Shown: positions 40,041-54,769 of the stretch, in pieces | Layout of the letters: the number at the start of each line of letters is the position of its first letter | Numbering within the stretch: position 1 is the first letter of the stretch | Assembly (NCBI GenBank): GCA_051362555.1 | Contig: CM120646.1 | Coordinates: 8,432,001-8,496,000, forward strand | DNA from: Lingula anatina | Lineage: Eukaryota > Animalia > Brachiopoda | DNA length: 64,000 nt | Reading direction: 5' to 3' | Made by a program: the position numbers and the translations under genes | The notes under the pieces: model-generated | What the model saw: only the letters and a program-made list of their open reading frames with translations | Databases searched by the model: none | What the model was told of the DNA's origin: nothing

Positions 40041-43000
40041 CGGCGACGGCGACGACAGACGCAGATGATGGCTATATGTACAGACACATCTGTGTCTGTA
40101 CATAAAAAGTGACTCTGCTTAGAATAGTTAAACGATGATAATTTTGACAAATCTGGTCCAATATTTGTGAAATTTGCACAAATGATGCTAAACAACAATA
40201 AAAATCTGTGATAAGCTCATCAGTTGACTGCATCCTGTGAAAAAGATTTAATCAGACAATATATTTAGAAAACTGAAAATTGCATTGAAATGTCAGGGAA
40301 ATTCCATGGCATAAAATAGTTAAACGTTAATAATTTTTACGAATCTGGTCCTATATTTGAGAAATTTGCACAAATGATACTTAACAACAATGAAAATCTG
40401 TGATAAGCTCATCAATTGACTGTGTAAAATGAAAAAGATTTTTTTGGACAATATATTATAAAAAACTGAAAATTACATTAAAAAGACTGGTAAATTCCAT
40501 GGCATAAAATAGTTAAACGTTAATAATTTTGACAAATCTATTCCAATATTTGTCAAATTTGGAAAAATGATGCTTAACAACAATAAAAACCTGTGATAAG
40601 CTCATCAGTTGACTGCATCCTGTGAAAAAGATTTAATCAGACAATATATTTTAGAAAACTGAAAATTGCATTGAAATGTCAGGCAAATTCCATGGCATAA
40701 AATAGTTAAACGTTAATAATTTTGACAAATCTGGTCCTATATTTGTAAAACTTTCACAAATGATGCTCAACAACAATAAAAATCTGTAATAAGCTCATCA
40801 GTTGACTGTCTCCCATGAAAAAGATTTTTCGGTATAATATATTTGAGAAAACGGAAAATTACATTGAAAATTAAGACTGGCAAATTCAATGGCATAAAAT
40901 AGTTAAACGTTAATAATTTTGACAAATATAGTTCTATATTTGTGAAATTTGCACAAATGATGCCTAACATGAATGAAAATCTGTGATAAGCTCATCAGTT
41001 GACTGCAACCTATGAAAAAGATTTAATCGGACAATATATTTGCGCACCATTTGACAATGTCCTAAATCTTCCCACGTACCAACTATTGTACACAAGGACG
41101 AGACATTAAGTTGCTCTTGCTGCTGCCTTTCACTGCCTGCTTTTTCTATAGGAATTATCCATGACCAGACAGGAAGTATCAGTTCACCAAAAAGCCACCC
41201 GCTGTATGGAAAGGGTCACTTGGAAAAAGAACAATATATAATTTGAAAAAAGTGAAAATTAAATTTTAAAAAGTGACTAGGCTTAGAATAGTTAAACGAT
41301 GATAATTTTGACAAATCTGGTCCAATATTTGTGGAATTTGCACAAAGGATGCTTAACAACAATAAAAATCTTTGATAAGCTTATCAGTTGACTGTGCCCC
41401 ATGAAAAAGATTTTTCGGAACAATATATTTGAGAAAACTGAAAATTACATTGAAAAGACTGGTAAATTCCATGGCATAATATAGTTAAACGTTAATAATT
41501 TTGACAAATCTAGTTCTATATTTGTGAAATTTGCACAAATGATGCCTAACATGAATGAAAATCTGTGATAAGCTCATCAGTTGACTGCAACCTAAAAGAT
41601 TTTATCGGACAATATATTTGAGAAAACTGAAAACTGCACTGAAAGGTCGGGCAAATTCCACGGCATAAAATAGTTAAACGTTAATAATTTTGATAAATCC
41701 ATTCCAATATTTGTCAAATTTGGACAAATGATGCCTAACATGAATGAAAATCTGTGATAAACTCATCAGTTGACTGCATCCTGTGAAAAAGATTTAATCA
41801 GACAGTATATTTTAGAAAACTGAAAAATTGCATTGAAATGTCAGGCAAATTCCATGGCATAAAATAGTTAAACGTTAATAATTTTTACAAATCTGGTCCT
41901 ATATTTGAGAAATTTGCACAAGTGATACTTAACAACAATGAAAATCTGTGATAAGCTCATCAGTTGGCTGTCTGCCATGAAAAAGATTTTTCGGGACAAT
42001 ATATTTGAGAAAATTGAAAATTACATTGAAAAGACTGGTAAATTCCATGGCATAATATAGTTAAACGTTAATAATTTTGACAAATCTGGTCCTATATTTG
42101 AGAAATTTGCACAAATGATACTTAACAACAATGAAAATCTGTGATAAGCTCATCAGTTGGCTGTCTGCCATGAAAAAGATTTTTCGGCACAATATATTTG
42201 AGAAAACTGAAAATTACATTGAAAAGACTGGTAAATTCCATGGCATAATATAGTTAAACATTAATAATTTTGACAAATCTAGTTCTATATTTGTGAAATT
42301 TGCACAAATGATGCCTAACATGAATGAAAATCTGTGATAAGCTTATCAGTTGACTGGAACCTATGAAAAAGATTTAATCAGACAATATATTTGAGAAAAC
42401 TGAAAACTGCATTGAAAGGTCAGGCAAATTCCACGGCATAAAATAGTTAAACATTAATAATTTTGATAAATCTATTCCAATATTTGTCAAATTTGGACAA
42501 ATGATGCCTAACATGAATGAAAATCTGTGATAAGCTCATCAATTGACTGTGTAAAATGAAAAAGATTTTTTTGGGCAATATATTATAGAAAACTGAAAAT
42601 TACATTAAAAAGACTGGTAAATTCCATGGTATAAAATAGTTAAACGTTAATAATTTTGACAAATCTATTCAAATATTTGTCAAATTTGGAAAAATGATGC
42701 TTAACAACAATAAAAATCTGTGATAAGCTCATCAGTTGACTGCATCCTGTGAAAAAGATTTAATCAGACAATATATTTTAGAAAACTGAAAATTGCATTG
42801 AAATGTCAGGCAAATTCCATGGCATGAAATAGTTAAACGTTAATAATTTTGACAAATCTGGTCCTATATTTGTAAAACTTTCACAAATGATGCTCAACAA
42901 CAATAAAAATCTGTAATAAACTCATCAGTTGACTGTCTCCCATGAAAAAGATTTTTCGGTATAATATATTTGAGAAAACGGAAAATTACATTGAAAAGAC

Positions 43001-44553
43001 TGGCAAATTCAATGGCATAAAATAGTTAAACGTTAATAATTTTGACAAATCTAGTTCTATATTTGTGAAATTTGCACAAATGATGCCTAACATGAATGAA
43101 AATCTGTGATAAGCTCATCAGTTGACTGCAACCTATGAAAAAGATTTAATCGGACAATATATTTGCGCACCATTTGACAATGTCCTAAATCTTCCCACGT
43201 ACCAACTATTGTACACAAGGACGAGACATAAAGTTGCTCTTGCTGCTGCCTTTCACTGCCTGCTTTTTCTATAGGAATTATCCATGACCAGACAGGAAGT
43301 ATCAGTTCACCAAAAAGCCACCCGCTGTATGGAAAGGGTCACTTGGAAAAAGAACAATATATAATTTGAAAAAAGTGAAAATTAAATTTTAAAAAGTGAC
43401 TAGGCTTAGAATAGTTAAACGATGATAATTTTGACAAATCTGGTCCTATATTTGAGAAATTTTCACAAATGATACTTAACAACAATGAAAATCTGTGATA
43501 AGCTCATCAGTTGGCTGTCTGCCATGAAAAAGATTTTTCGGCACAATATATTTGAGAAAACTGAAAATTACATTGAAAAGACTGGTAAATTCCATAGCAT
43601 AATATAGTTAAACATTAATAATTTTGACAAATCTAGTTCTATATTTGTGAAATTTGCACAAATGATGCCTAACATGAATGAAAATCTGTGATAAGCTCAT
43701 CAGTTGACTGCAACCTATGAAAAAGATTTTATCGGACAATATATTTGAGAAAACTGAAAACTGCATTGAAAGGTCGGGCAAATTCCACGGCATAAAATAG
43801 TTAAACATTAATAATTTTAATAAATCTATTCCAATATTTGTCAAATTTGGACAAATGATGCCTAACATGAATGAAAATCTGTGATAAGTTCATCAGTTGA
43901 CTGCATCCTATGAAAAAGATTTAATCGGACAATATATTTGAGAAAACTGAAAATTACATTGAAAAGACGGGCAAATTCCATGGCATAAAAAAGTTAAACG
44001 TTAATAATTTTGACAAATCTAGTCCAATATTTGTCAAATTTGGACAAATGATGCTTAACATCAATAAAAATCTGTGATAAGCTTACCAATTGACTGTGTG
44101 ATATTAGTGTTGTTTATTGGCAATTTGTACGAGAAGAGTCAGAATGACCAAAAAAATTTTTTTCAATTTAACAACATATTTAGTCTCATATGAAACAGCA
44201 AATGTTATGATTTGTGTTTGTTTGTGTTAGAGGTGGCAAATTACCCATAATTGTCATCTGGAAAACAACATATACTATTCAAGACTTCTCCTTACTACCA
44301 ATACCACATGCAGATTCCTCCTTACAGTGGGTTTCTGGAATCAGGATTAGCGCACCATTTGACAATGTCCTAAATCTTCCCACGTACCAACTACTGTACA
44401 CAAGGACGAGACATAAAGTTGCTCTTGCTGCTGTCTTTCACTGCCTGCTTTTTCTATAGGAATTAGTCATGACCAGACAGGAAGTATCAGTTCACCGAGA
44501 AGCCACCCGCTGTATGGAAAGGGTCACCTGGAAAAAGAACAATATATAATTTG

Positions 44554-47259
44554 AAACAAGGCAGCAAAGCTGTCAAATGTACAGACAAAAAGCAGGAAAT
44601 AACTATGCACAAAATAGGCTACTGTTTATTCTGATGCAAAAGTACATTATGTTAAACTGTAAATTCAACATCAAATTTTAATTATGCTCAATAGGTAATA
44701 CCAATGAAAGTAAAATGTGTAACAAGCATAAGGCTTCAGGCCCATGAGAGTTCAAGTTCACACTTTGAAAATGTATAACTTCCAGAAAAAGAAGCCAATT
44801 AGACTGCTTTTCCAATTCAGGCTGCATGCCAATTTTCGAACTTGACCTCCGTTGTAGTAAGATCGATTACTCCTGAGAGTTTCACGACAACAGGCCTATC
44901 GGTTTTCCTTGAAATGTGTTTACAGTGTTGCATATATGTTGAAAAGTGAAAGAAAAAAGCATAACTTCTACAATAATGGCCCGATCATCCTGATTTTCGA
45001 ACTTGACCTGCGTTTTATGAATATTCATCAGCTCTTTAAATATAAAGCCCAAAAGTAAAACTGCCTTCCACTTATCGTGTTTACAATGAAAGTGCAAGGT
45101 GCCGGCAACAGCGATGACGGCGACGACAGACACAGGTGATGGCAATATGTACAGACACATCTGTACATATTTACTGTACTGTTTGAGAACAGTAAGTGAC
45201 ATGGTTTTTCTTAAATGGTCATCATGGGAGCAGTGCCCAAAATAGGTTTTTTTCAAATTTTGATGCAATATTACATAATGTTTAACAGCATAATGACCAT
45301 CAATTTTTAATAATAAAATATTAGTATCATGGATATTCAGAAAATGTGACTAGCAAAGGTCTTTAGGCCCATGGAACTTCAAAGCCACAACTTGAAAATG
45401 CCAAAATGTAAACAAGACAGCACTGTTCTGAAATGGGTTTATTTCCATTTTTAACAATTTTTAACATAAAACAAAATTAACAGTTAACTGCCATTTTTAT
45501 ATGATCAACTAAGAAAATTGATGAGATGGGAAAAATATCAATAGAATAGTGTCAAATGTCCAATTTCCTCCATTCTGAGATTCTGAACATAGTGAATGAT
45601 TCAATCTGACAAACTGCAATGATATGAGTTTATTTCCATTTTTGAAACTTTATTACACAATACACAATAACAAGTTTAACATCATTTTTACAAAATCAAC
45701 TAACAATGTAGTAAAGATGCAGGAAATGTCAAAAAAACACTTTTACATATCTTATTAATTAAATAATGAAACTGTAAACATGCCTAAGAATTGAATCTCA
45801 GGAAATGTAAAAAACAGCATAACTTCTAAAATAATGGCCTGATTATGCTGATTTTTGAACTTGACCTGTGTTTTAGCAGGATTGACCACTCCTGTGAGTT
45901 TAATGACAATTGGCCTATCTGTTTTTCTTATATTGTGTTTACAGTGTTGCATATATGCTGAAAAAAGAAAAAAAAAAGCATAACTACTAAAATAGTGGCC
46001 CAATCATGCCAATTTTCGAACTTGACCTGCGTTTTAGTAAGATCAATTTTTCCTGTGAGTTTCATGACAACAGGCCTATCGGTTTTCGTTGAAATGTGTT
46101 TACAGTGTTGCATATATGCTGAAAAGTGAAAAAACAGCATAACTTCTACAATAATGGCCCGATCATGCTGATTTTCGAACTTGACCTGCATTTTATGAAT
46201 ATTCATCAGCTCTGTAAATATAAAACCAAAAAGTAAAACTGCCTTCCACTTATCGTGTTTACAAGGAAAGTGCACGGCGCCGACGGCGACGGCGACGACA
46301 GACGCAGGTGATGGCAATATGTACAGACACATCTATATATATTTACTGTACTGTTTAAGAACAGTAAGTGACATGGTTTTTCTTAAATGGTCATCATGGG
46401 AGCAGTGCCCAAAATAGGTTTTTTTCAAATTTTGATGCAATATTACATAATGTTTAACAGCATGATGACCATCAATTTTTAACAATAAAATATTAGTATC
46501 ATGGATATTCAGAAAATGTGACTAGCAAAGGTCTTCAGGCCCATGGAACTTCAAAGTCACAACTTGAAAATGCCAAAATGTAAACAAGACAGCACTGTTC
46601 TGAAATGTTTTTTTTTCCATTTTTAACAATTTTTAACATAAAACAAAATTAACAGTTTACTGCCATTTTTATATTATCAACTAAGAAAATTGATGAGATG
46701 GGAAAAATATCAACAGAGCAGTGTTAAATGTCCAATTTCTTCCATTCTGAGATTCTGAACATAGTGAATAATTCAATCTGACAAACTGCAATGATATGAG
46801 TTTATTTCCATTTTTGAAACTTTATTACACAATACACGATAACAAGTTTACCATCATTTTTACAAAATCAACTAACAATGTTGTAAAGATGCAGGAAATG
46901 TCAAACAAACACTTTTACATATCTTATTAGTTTAATAATGAGACTGTTAACATGCCTAAGAATTGAATCTGAGGAAATGTGAAAAATATGCTGAAAAGTG
47001 AAAAAACAGCATAACTTCTACAATAATGGCCCGATCATGCTGATTTTCGAACTTGACCTGCGTTTTATGAATATTCATCAGCTCTGTAAATATAAAGCCA
47101 AAAAGTAAAACTGCCCTCCACTTATCGTGTTTACAAGGAAAGTGCACGGCGCCGGCATCGGCATCGGCATCGCCATCGCCATCGCCATCGCCATCGCCAT
47201 CGGCGACGACAGACGCAGGTGATGGCAATATGTACAGACACATCTGTGTCTGTACATAA
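44554..47259 (-). mobile_element. HINE family A, copy 3, multimeric with internal broken termini
   Basis: Same outer termini, inserted at atttg^aaaaagtg. The microsatellite/palindrome end also occurs internally at about 45100-45165 and 46270-46335 with only one palindrome arm. Confidence 0.85.
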
Positions 47260-48186
47260 AAAGTGAAAATTAAATTTTAAAAAGTGACTCGGCTTAGAAT
47301 AGTTAAACGATGATAATTTTGAGAAATCTGGTCCAATAATTGTGTAATTTGCACAAATGATGCTTAACAACAATAAAAATCTATGATAAGCTTATTAGTT
47401 GACTGTGCCCCATGAAAAAGATTTTTCGGAACAATATATTTGAGAAAATTGAAAATTACATTGAAAAGACTGGTAAATTCCATGGCATAATATAGTTAAA
47501 CGTTAATAATTTTGACAAATCTGGTTGTATATTTGTGAAATTTGCACAAATGATACTTAACAACAATGAAAATCTGTGATAAGCTCATCAATTGACTGTG
47601 TAAAATGAAAAAGATTTTTTCGGACAATATATTATAGAAAACTGAAAATTACATTCAAAAGGCGGGAAAATTCCATGGCATAAAATATTTAAACGTTAAT
47701 AATTTTGACAAATCTATTCCAATATTTGTCAAATTTGAAAAAATGATGCTAAACAACAATAAAAATCTGTGATAAGCTCATCAAGTGACTGCATCCTGTG
47801 AAAAAGATTTAATCAGACAATATATTTTAGAAAACTGAAAATTGCATTGAAATGTCAGGCAAATTCCATGGCATAAAATAGTTAAACGTTAATAATTTTG
47901 ACAAATCTGGTTGTATATTTGAGAAATTTGCACAAATGATACTTAACAACAATGAAAATCTGTGATAAGCTCATCAGTTAGCTGTTTACCATGAAAAAGA
48001 TTTTTCGGGACAATATATTTGAGAAAACTGAAAATTACATTGAAAAGACTGGTACATTCCATGGAATAATATAGTTAAACGTTAATAATTTTGACAAATC
48101 TGGTTCTATATTTGTGAAATTTGCACAAATGATGCCTAACATGAATGAAAATCTGTGATAAGCTCATCAGTTAACTGCAACCTATG

Positions 48187-48315
48187 TCTAGACTGCAACT
48201 GGCTAAAGCCAGTGGCGGAGGATTCCCCTGCAAAATAGGTGTAAAAATGCTCTTACAAGGTCATGTGAAGGTCATGGGTTAAATTTGACCCCATATTCTG
48301 AAAGAGCATGTGCGA

Positions 48316-48352
<37 letters not shown>

Positions 48353-48984
48353 ACAAAACATCACTTTTAGCCCACTTCAATATTTCTCCATGAAATAGCC
48401 AAATGACCTTGAAAATGAGGGTCAAGGTCAAATTTGACATTTGATTTGGGGGTTTTGGGTATATGTTTGGGGTAGTTTACTATAGCATGCTATGACCAAA
48501 AACCAGTGTTTCATGGAGAAACTGCCAAACTCAAGATTTCTGCAATGTCATAAATATTTAAAAATCTATATTAAAAAAAGTAATTAAGCAGTCGCTACCA
48601 AAGTAGGGCTAACCTTAGATAAATATATAGGGCACCATTTGCCACTATGATCGGGGCTCTGGGATATCCGGTTTCTGAGATCTCGGAAACAAACCTTTTT
48701 TGAGCCCGTTTGGCCATTAGCGACCTTGACCTTGACCTACTTGCAATGAAAGTAGGTCGTTATCTGTGGATTTGGCTCAGTATTATTGCCTATAAGGCCC
48801 TTAGCCATATGGCTTATACTTAAGGCCTAATGTCAATTTCAAATTTTACAAATTTTGCCTTTAAAAGCCCCTGTGACCTTGAAAAGTAGGTCAAGGTCAC
48901 TGAAACTGGGTCTGTGGCATATTCTGGCCATAGGCTACCTATGTAAATTATTTCAGATTTTTTGCGAAAAAAAACGCGCGGAAA

Positions 48985-49017
<33 letters not shown>

Positions 49018-49053
49018 CAAAAACAATAGTATTCCCCTATGGGGAATCCTAAT
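48187..49053 (-). mobile_element. HINE family B
   Basis: ctagactgcaactggctaaagccagtg hairpin plus subTIR aggattcccct; internal gaccttgacc motifs; (aat)n; terminal palindrome attcccctatggggaat. Contains a G29 run at 48319-48347. Confidence 0.8.
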
Positions 49054-51934
49054 TATGCTCAACAGGTAATACTGATGTAACTAAAATGTGTAACAAGCAT
49101 AAGGCTTCAGGCCCATGGGAGTTCAAGTTCACACTTTGAAAATGTATAACTTTCAGAAAAAGAAGCCAATTAGACTGCTTTTCCAACTCAGGCTGCATTT
49201 TAGTCTTGTATTTCTTTTTTGAAAGTTTGGCAATCTAAAGTAACATGGTTTTCCCATAATGGTCATCATGGCAGCAGCACTCAAAATTGTGTTTTCTTCT
49301 ATTCTGATGCAATATTACATAATGGTGAACAGCATAATGACAATCAATTTTTAATGATAAAATATACGTATCATGGATTTTCAGAAAATGTGACTAGCAT
49401 GGGTCTTCAAGCCTGTGGAACTTCAAAGTCACACCTTGAAAATGCCAATATGTGAAAAATTAAATTTTCACAAAAAAACTACAGACGCAGGTGATGGCAA
49501 TATGTACAGACACATCTATATATATTTACTGTACTGTTTGATAACAGTAATTGACATGGTTTTTCTTAAATGGTCATCATGGGAGCAGTGCCCAAAATAG
49601 TTTTTTTTTCAAATTTTGATGCAATATTACATAATGTTTAACAGCATAATGACCATCAAATTTTAATAATAAAATATTTGTATCATGGATATTCAGAAAA
49701 TGTGACTAGCAAAGGTCTTCAGGCCCATGGAACTTCAAAGTCACAACTTGAAAATGCCAAAATGTAAACAAGACAGCACTGTTCTAAAATGTTTTTTTTT
49801 TCATTTTTAACACTTTTTTAACATAAAACAAAATTAACATTTTACAGCCATTTTTATATGATCAACTAAGAAAATTGATGAGATGTGAAAAATATCAATA
49901 GAACAGTGTTAAATGTCCAATTTCTTCCATTCTGAGATTCTGAACATAGTGAATGATTGAATCTGACAAACTGCAATGATATGAGGTTATTTCCATTTTT
50001 GACACTTTATTACACAATACACGATGACAAGTTTACCATCATTTTTACATAATCAACTAACAATGTTGTAAAGATGCAGGAAATGTCAAACAAACACTTT
50101 TACGTATCCTATTAGTTCAATAATGAGACTGTTAACATGCCTAAGAATTGAATCTGAGGAAATGTGAAACAAGACAGCACTGTTCTGAAATGGGTTTATT
50201 TCCATTTTTAACAATTTTTTAACATAAAACAAAATTAACAGTTTACTGCCATTTTTATATGACCAACTAAGAAAATTGATCAGATGTGAAAAATATCAAT
50301 AGAACAGTGTTAAATATCCAATTTCTTCCATTCTGAGATTCTGAACATAGTGAATGATTGAATCTGACAAACTGCAATGATATGAGGTTATTTCCATTTT
50401 TGACACTTTATTACACAATACACAATGACAAGTTTACCATCATTTTTACATAATCAACTAACAATGTTGTAAAGATGCAGGAAATGTCAAACAAACACTT
50501 TTACGTATCCTATTAGTTCAATAATGAGACTGTTAACATGCCTAAGAATTGAATCTGAGGAAATGTGAAACAAGACAGCACTGTTCTGAAATGGGTTTAT
50601 TTCCATTTTTAACAATTTTTTAACATAAAACAAAATTAACAGTTTACTGCCATTTTTATATGACCAACTAAGAAAATTGATGAGATGTGAAAAATATCAA
50701 TAGAACAGTGTTAAATGTCCAATTTCTTCCATTCTGGGATTCTGAACATAGTGAATGATTGAATCTGACAAACTACAATGATATGAGGTTATTTCCATTT
50801 TTGACACTTTATTACACAATACACGATGACAAGTTTACCATCATTTTTACATAATCAACTAACAATGTTGTAAAGATGCAGGAAATGTCAAACAAACACT
50901 TTTACGTATCCTATTAGTTCAATAATGAGACTGTTAACATGCCTAAGAATTGAATCTGAGGAAATGTGAAACAAGACAGCACTGTTCTGAAATGGGTTTA
51001 TTTCCATTTTTAACAATTTTTTAACATAAAACAAAATTAACAGTTTACTGCCATTTTTATATGACCAACTAAGAAAATTGATGAGATGTGAAAAATATCA
51101 ATAGAACAGTGTTAAATGTCCAATTTCTTCCATTCTGAGATTCTGAACATACTGAATGATTGAATCTGACAAACTGCAATGATATGAGGTTATTTCCATT
51201 TTTGACACTTTATTACACAATACACGATAACAAGTTTACCATCATTTTTACATAATCAACTAACAATGTTGTAAAGATGCAGGAAATGTCAAACAAACAC
51301 TTTTATGTATCTTATTAGTTAAATAATAAGACTGTTAACATGCCTAAGAATTGAATTTGAGGAAATGTGAAAAAATAGCATAACTTCTAAAATAATGACC
51401 CGATTATGCTAATTTTCAAACTCAACCTGCATTTTAGTAAGATTGACCACTCCTGTGAGTTTAATGACAATTGGCCCATCTGTTTTTCTTATATTGTGTT
51501 CAGAATGTTGTATATATGCTGAAAAATGAAAAAAAAAAAACATAACTACTAAAATAGTGGCCCGATCATGCCGATTTTCGAACTTGACCTGTGTTTTAGT
51601 AGGATTGATTACTCCTGTGAGTTTCATGACAACAGGCCTATCAGTTTTTCTTGAAATGTGTTTACAGTGTTGTATATATGCTGAAAAGTGAAAAAACAGC
51701 ATAACTTCTACAATAATGGCTCGATCATGCTGATTTTCGAACTTGACCTGCGTTTTATGAATATTCATCAGCTCTGTAAATATAAAGCCAAAAAGTAAAA
51801 CTGTCTTCCACTTATCGTGTTAACGCTGAAAGTGCACGGCGACGGCATCGCCATCGGCATCGGCATCGGCGACGACGGCGACGACAGACGCAGGTGATGG
51901 CAATATGTACAGACACATCTGTGTCTGTACATAA
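49054..51934 (-). mobile_element. HINE family A, copy 4, lacking its hairpin (aacaag) end and fused to HINE-B
   Basis: Begins at tatgctcaacaggtaatac (about 130 bp into family A) and ends with the intact palindrome atgtacagacacatctgtgtctgtacat followed by aaaaagattttatcgg. Confidence 0.82.
49766..51370. repeat. Four tandem copies of a 401-bp HINE-A internal segment
   Basis: caagacagcactgttct starts at 49769, 50170, 50571 and 50972. The segment is not tandemly repeated in copies 1 and 2. Confidence 0.93.
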
Positions 51935-54769
51935 AAAGATTTTATCGGACAATATATTTGAGAAAACTGAAAACTGCATCGAAAGGTCGGGCAAATTCCA
52001 CGGCATAAAATAGTTAAACGTTAATAATTTTGATAAATCTATTCCAATATTTGTCAAATTTGGACAAATGATGCCTAACATGAATGAAAATCTGTGATAA
52101 GCTCATCAGGTGACTGCATCCTGTGAAAAAGATTTAATCAGACAATATATTTTAGAAAACTGAAAATTGCATTGAAATGTCAGGCAAATTCCATGGCATA
52201 AAATAGTTAAACGTTAATAATTTTTACAAATCTGGTCCTATATTTGAGAAATTTGCACAAATGATACTTAACAACAATGAAAATCTGTGATAAGCTCATC
52301 AGTTGGCTGTCTGCCATGAAAAAGATTTTTCGGGACAATATATTTGAGAAAACTGAAAATTACATTGAAAAGACTGGTAAATTCCATGGCATAATATAGT
52401 TAAACGTTAATAATTTTGACAAATCTAGTTCTATATTTGTGAAATTTGCACAAATGATGCCTAACATGAATGAAAATCTGTGATAAGCTCATCAGTTGAC
52501 TGCAACCTATGAAAAAGATTTAATAGGACAATATATTTGAGAAAACTGAAAACTGCATTGAAAGGTCAGGCAAATTCCACGGCATAAAATAGTTAAACAT
52601 TAATAATTTTGATAAATCTATTCCAATATTTGTCAAATTTGGACAAATGATGCCTAACATGAATGAAAATCTGTGATAAACTCATCAGTTGACTGCATCC
52701 TATGAAAAAGATTTAATCAGACAATATATTTGAGAAAACTGAAAATTACATTGAAAAGACGGGCAAATTTAATAGCATAAAAAAGTTAAACGTTAATTTT
52801 GACAAATCTAGTCCAATATTTGTCAAATTTGGACAAATGATGCTTAACATCAATAAAAATCTGTGATAAACTTACCAATTGACTGTGTGTAATATTAGTG
52901 TTGTTTATTGGCAATTTGTATGAGAAGATTCAGAATGATCAAAAAGTTTTTTTTAAATTTAACAACATATAATTCAGTCTCACATGAAACAGCAAATGTT
53001 ATGATTTGTGTTTGTTTGTGTTAGAGGTGGCAAATTACCCATAATTGTCATCTGGAAAACAACATATACCATTCAAGACTTCTCCTTACTACCAATACCA
53101 CATGCAGATTCCTCCTTACAGTGGGTTTCTGGAATCAGGATTAGCGCACCATTTGACAATGTCCTAAATCTTCCCACGTACCATCTATTGTACACAAGGA
53201 CGAGACATAACGCTGCTCTTGCTGCTGTCTTTCACTGCCTGCTTTTTCTATAGGAATTAGCCATGACCAGACAGGAAGTATCAGTTCACCAAGAAGCCAC
53301 TCGCTGTATGGAAAGGGTCACCTGGAAAAAGAACAATATATAATTTGAAAAATGTGAAAATTAAATTTTAAAAAGTGACTCTGCTTAGAATAGTTAAACG
53401 ATGATAATTTTGACAAATCTGGTCCAATATTTGTGAAATTTGCACAAATGATGCTAAACAACAATAAAAATCTGTGATAAGCTCATCAGTTGACTGCATC
53501 CTGTAAAAAAGATTTAATCAGACAATATATTTTAGAAAACTGAAAATTGCATTGAAATGTCAGGGAAATTCCATGGCATAAAATAGTTAAACGTTAATAA
53601 TTTTTACAAATCTGGTCCTATATTTGAGAAATTTGCACAAATGATACTTAACAACAATGAAAATCTGTGATAAGCTCATCAATTGACTGTGTAAAATGAA
53701 AAAGATTTTTTTGGACAATATATTATAGAAAACTGAAAATTACATTAAAAAGACTGGTAAATTCCATGGCATAAAATAGTTAAACGTTAATAATTTTGAC
53801 AAATCTATTCCAATATTTGTCAAATTTGGAAAAATGATGCTTAACAACAATAAAAATCTGTGATAAGCTCATCAGTTGACTGCATCCTGTGAAAAAGATT
53901 TAATCAGACAATATATTTTAGAAAACTGAAAATTGCATTGAAATGTCAGGCAAATTCCATGGCATAAAATAGTTAAACGTTAATAATTTTGACAAATCTG
54001 GTCCTATATTTGTAAAACTTTCACAAATGATGCTCAACAACAATAAAAATCTGTAATAAGCTCATCAGTTGACTGTCTCCCATGAAAAAGATTTTTCGGT
54101 ATAATATATTTGAGAAAACGGAAAATTACATTGAAAAGACTGGCAAATTCAATGGCATAAAATAGTTAAAAGTTAATAATTTTGACAAATCTAGTTCTAT
54201 ATTTGTGAAATTTGCACAAATGATGCCTAACATGAATGAAAATCTGTGATAAGCTCATCAGTTGACTGCAACCTATGAAAAAGATTGAATCGGACAATAT
54301 ATTTGCGCACCATTTGACAATGTCCTAAATCTTCCCACGTACCAACTAATGTACACAAGGACGAGACATAAAGTTGCTCTTGCTGCTGCCTTTCACTGCC
54401 TGCTTTTTCTATAGGAATTATCCATGACCAGACAGGAAGTATCAGTTCACCAAAAAGCCACCCGCTGTATGGAAAGGGTCACCTGGAAAAAGAACAATAT
54501 ATAATTTGAAAAAAGTGAAAATTAAATTTTAAAAAGTGACTAGGCTTAGAATAGTTAAACGATGATAATTTTGACAAATCTGGTCCAATATTTGTGGAAT
54601 TTGCACAAAGGATGCTTAACAACAATAAAAATCTGTGATAAGCTTATCAGTTGACTGTGCCCCATGAAAAAGATTTTTCGGAACAATATATTTGAGAAAA
54701 CTGAAAATTACATTGAAAAGACTGGTAAATTCCATGGCATAACCCAGCGGGCAAATCAACATTGAATCA

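Larger units (their letters stand above)
35963..40105 (-). mobile_element. HINE family A, copy 2 (longest, more divergent)
   Basis: Same termini (aacaaggcagcaaagctgtcaaatgtacagac ... atgtacagacacatctgtgtctgtacat). Inserted at aatttt^aaaaagtg. Contains about six ~161-bp core repeats (39050-40000). Confidence 0.85.

Noticed and set aside
39986-40198. Arg-rich or Asp/Gly-rich ORFs (also 17737, 46956, 47131, 51812)
   Set aside because: These are translations of the (gacggc)n / (gcatcg)n microsatellite at HINE ends.
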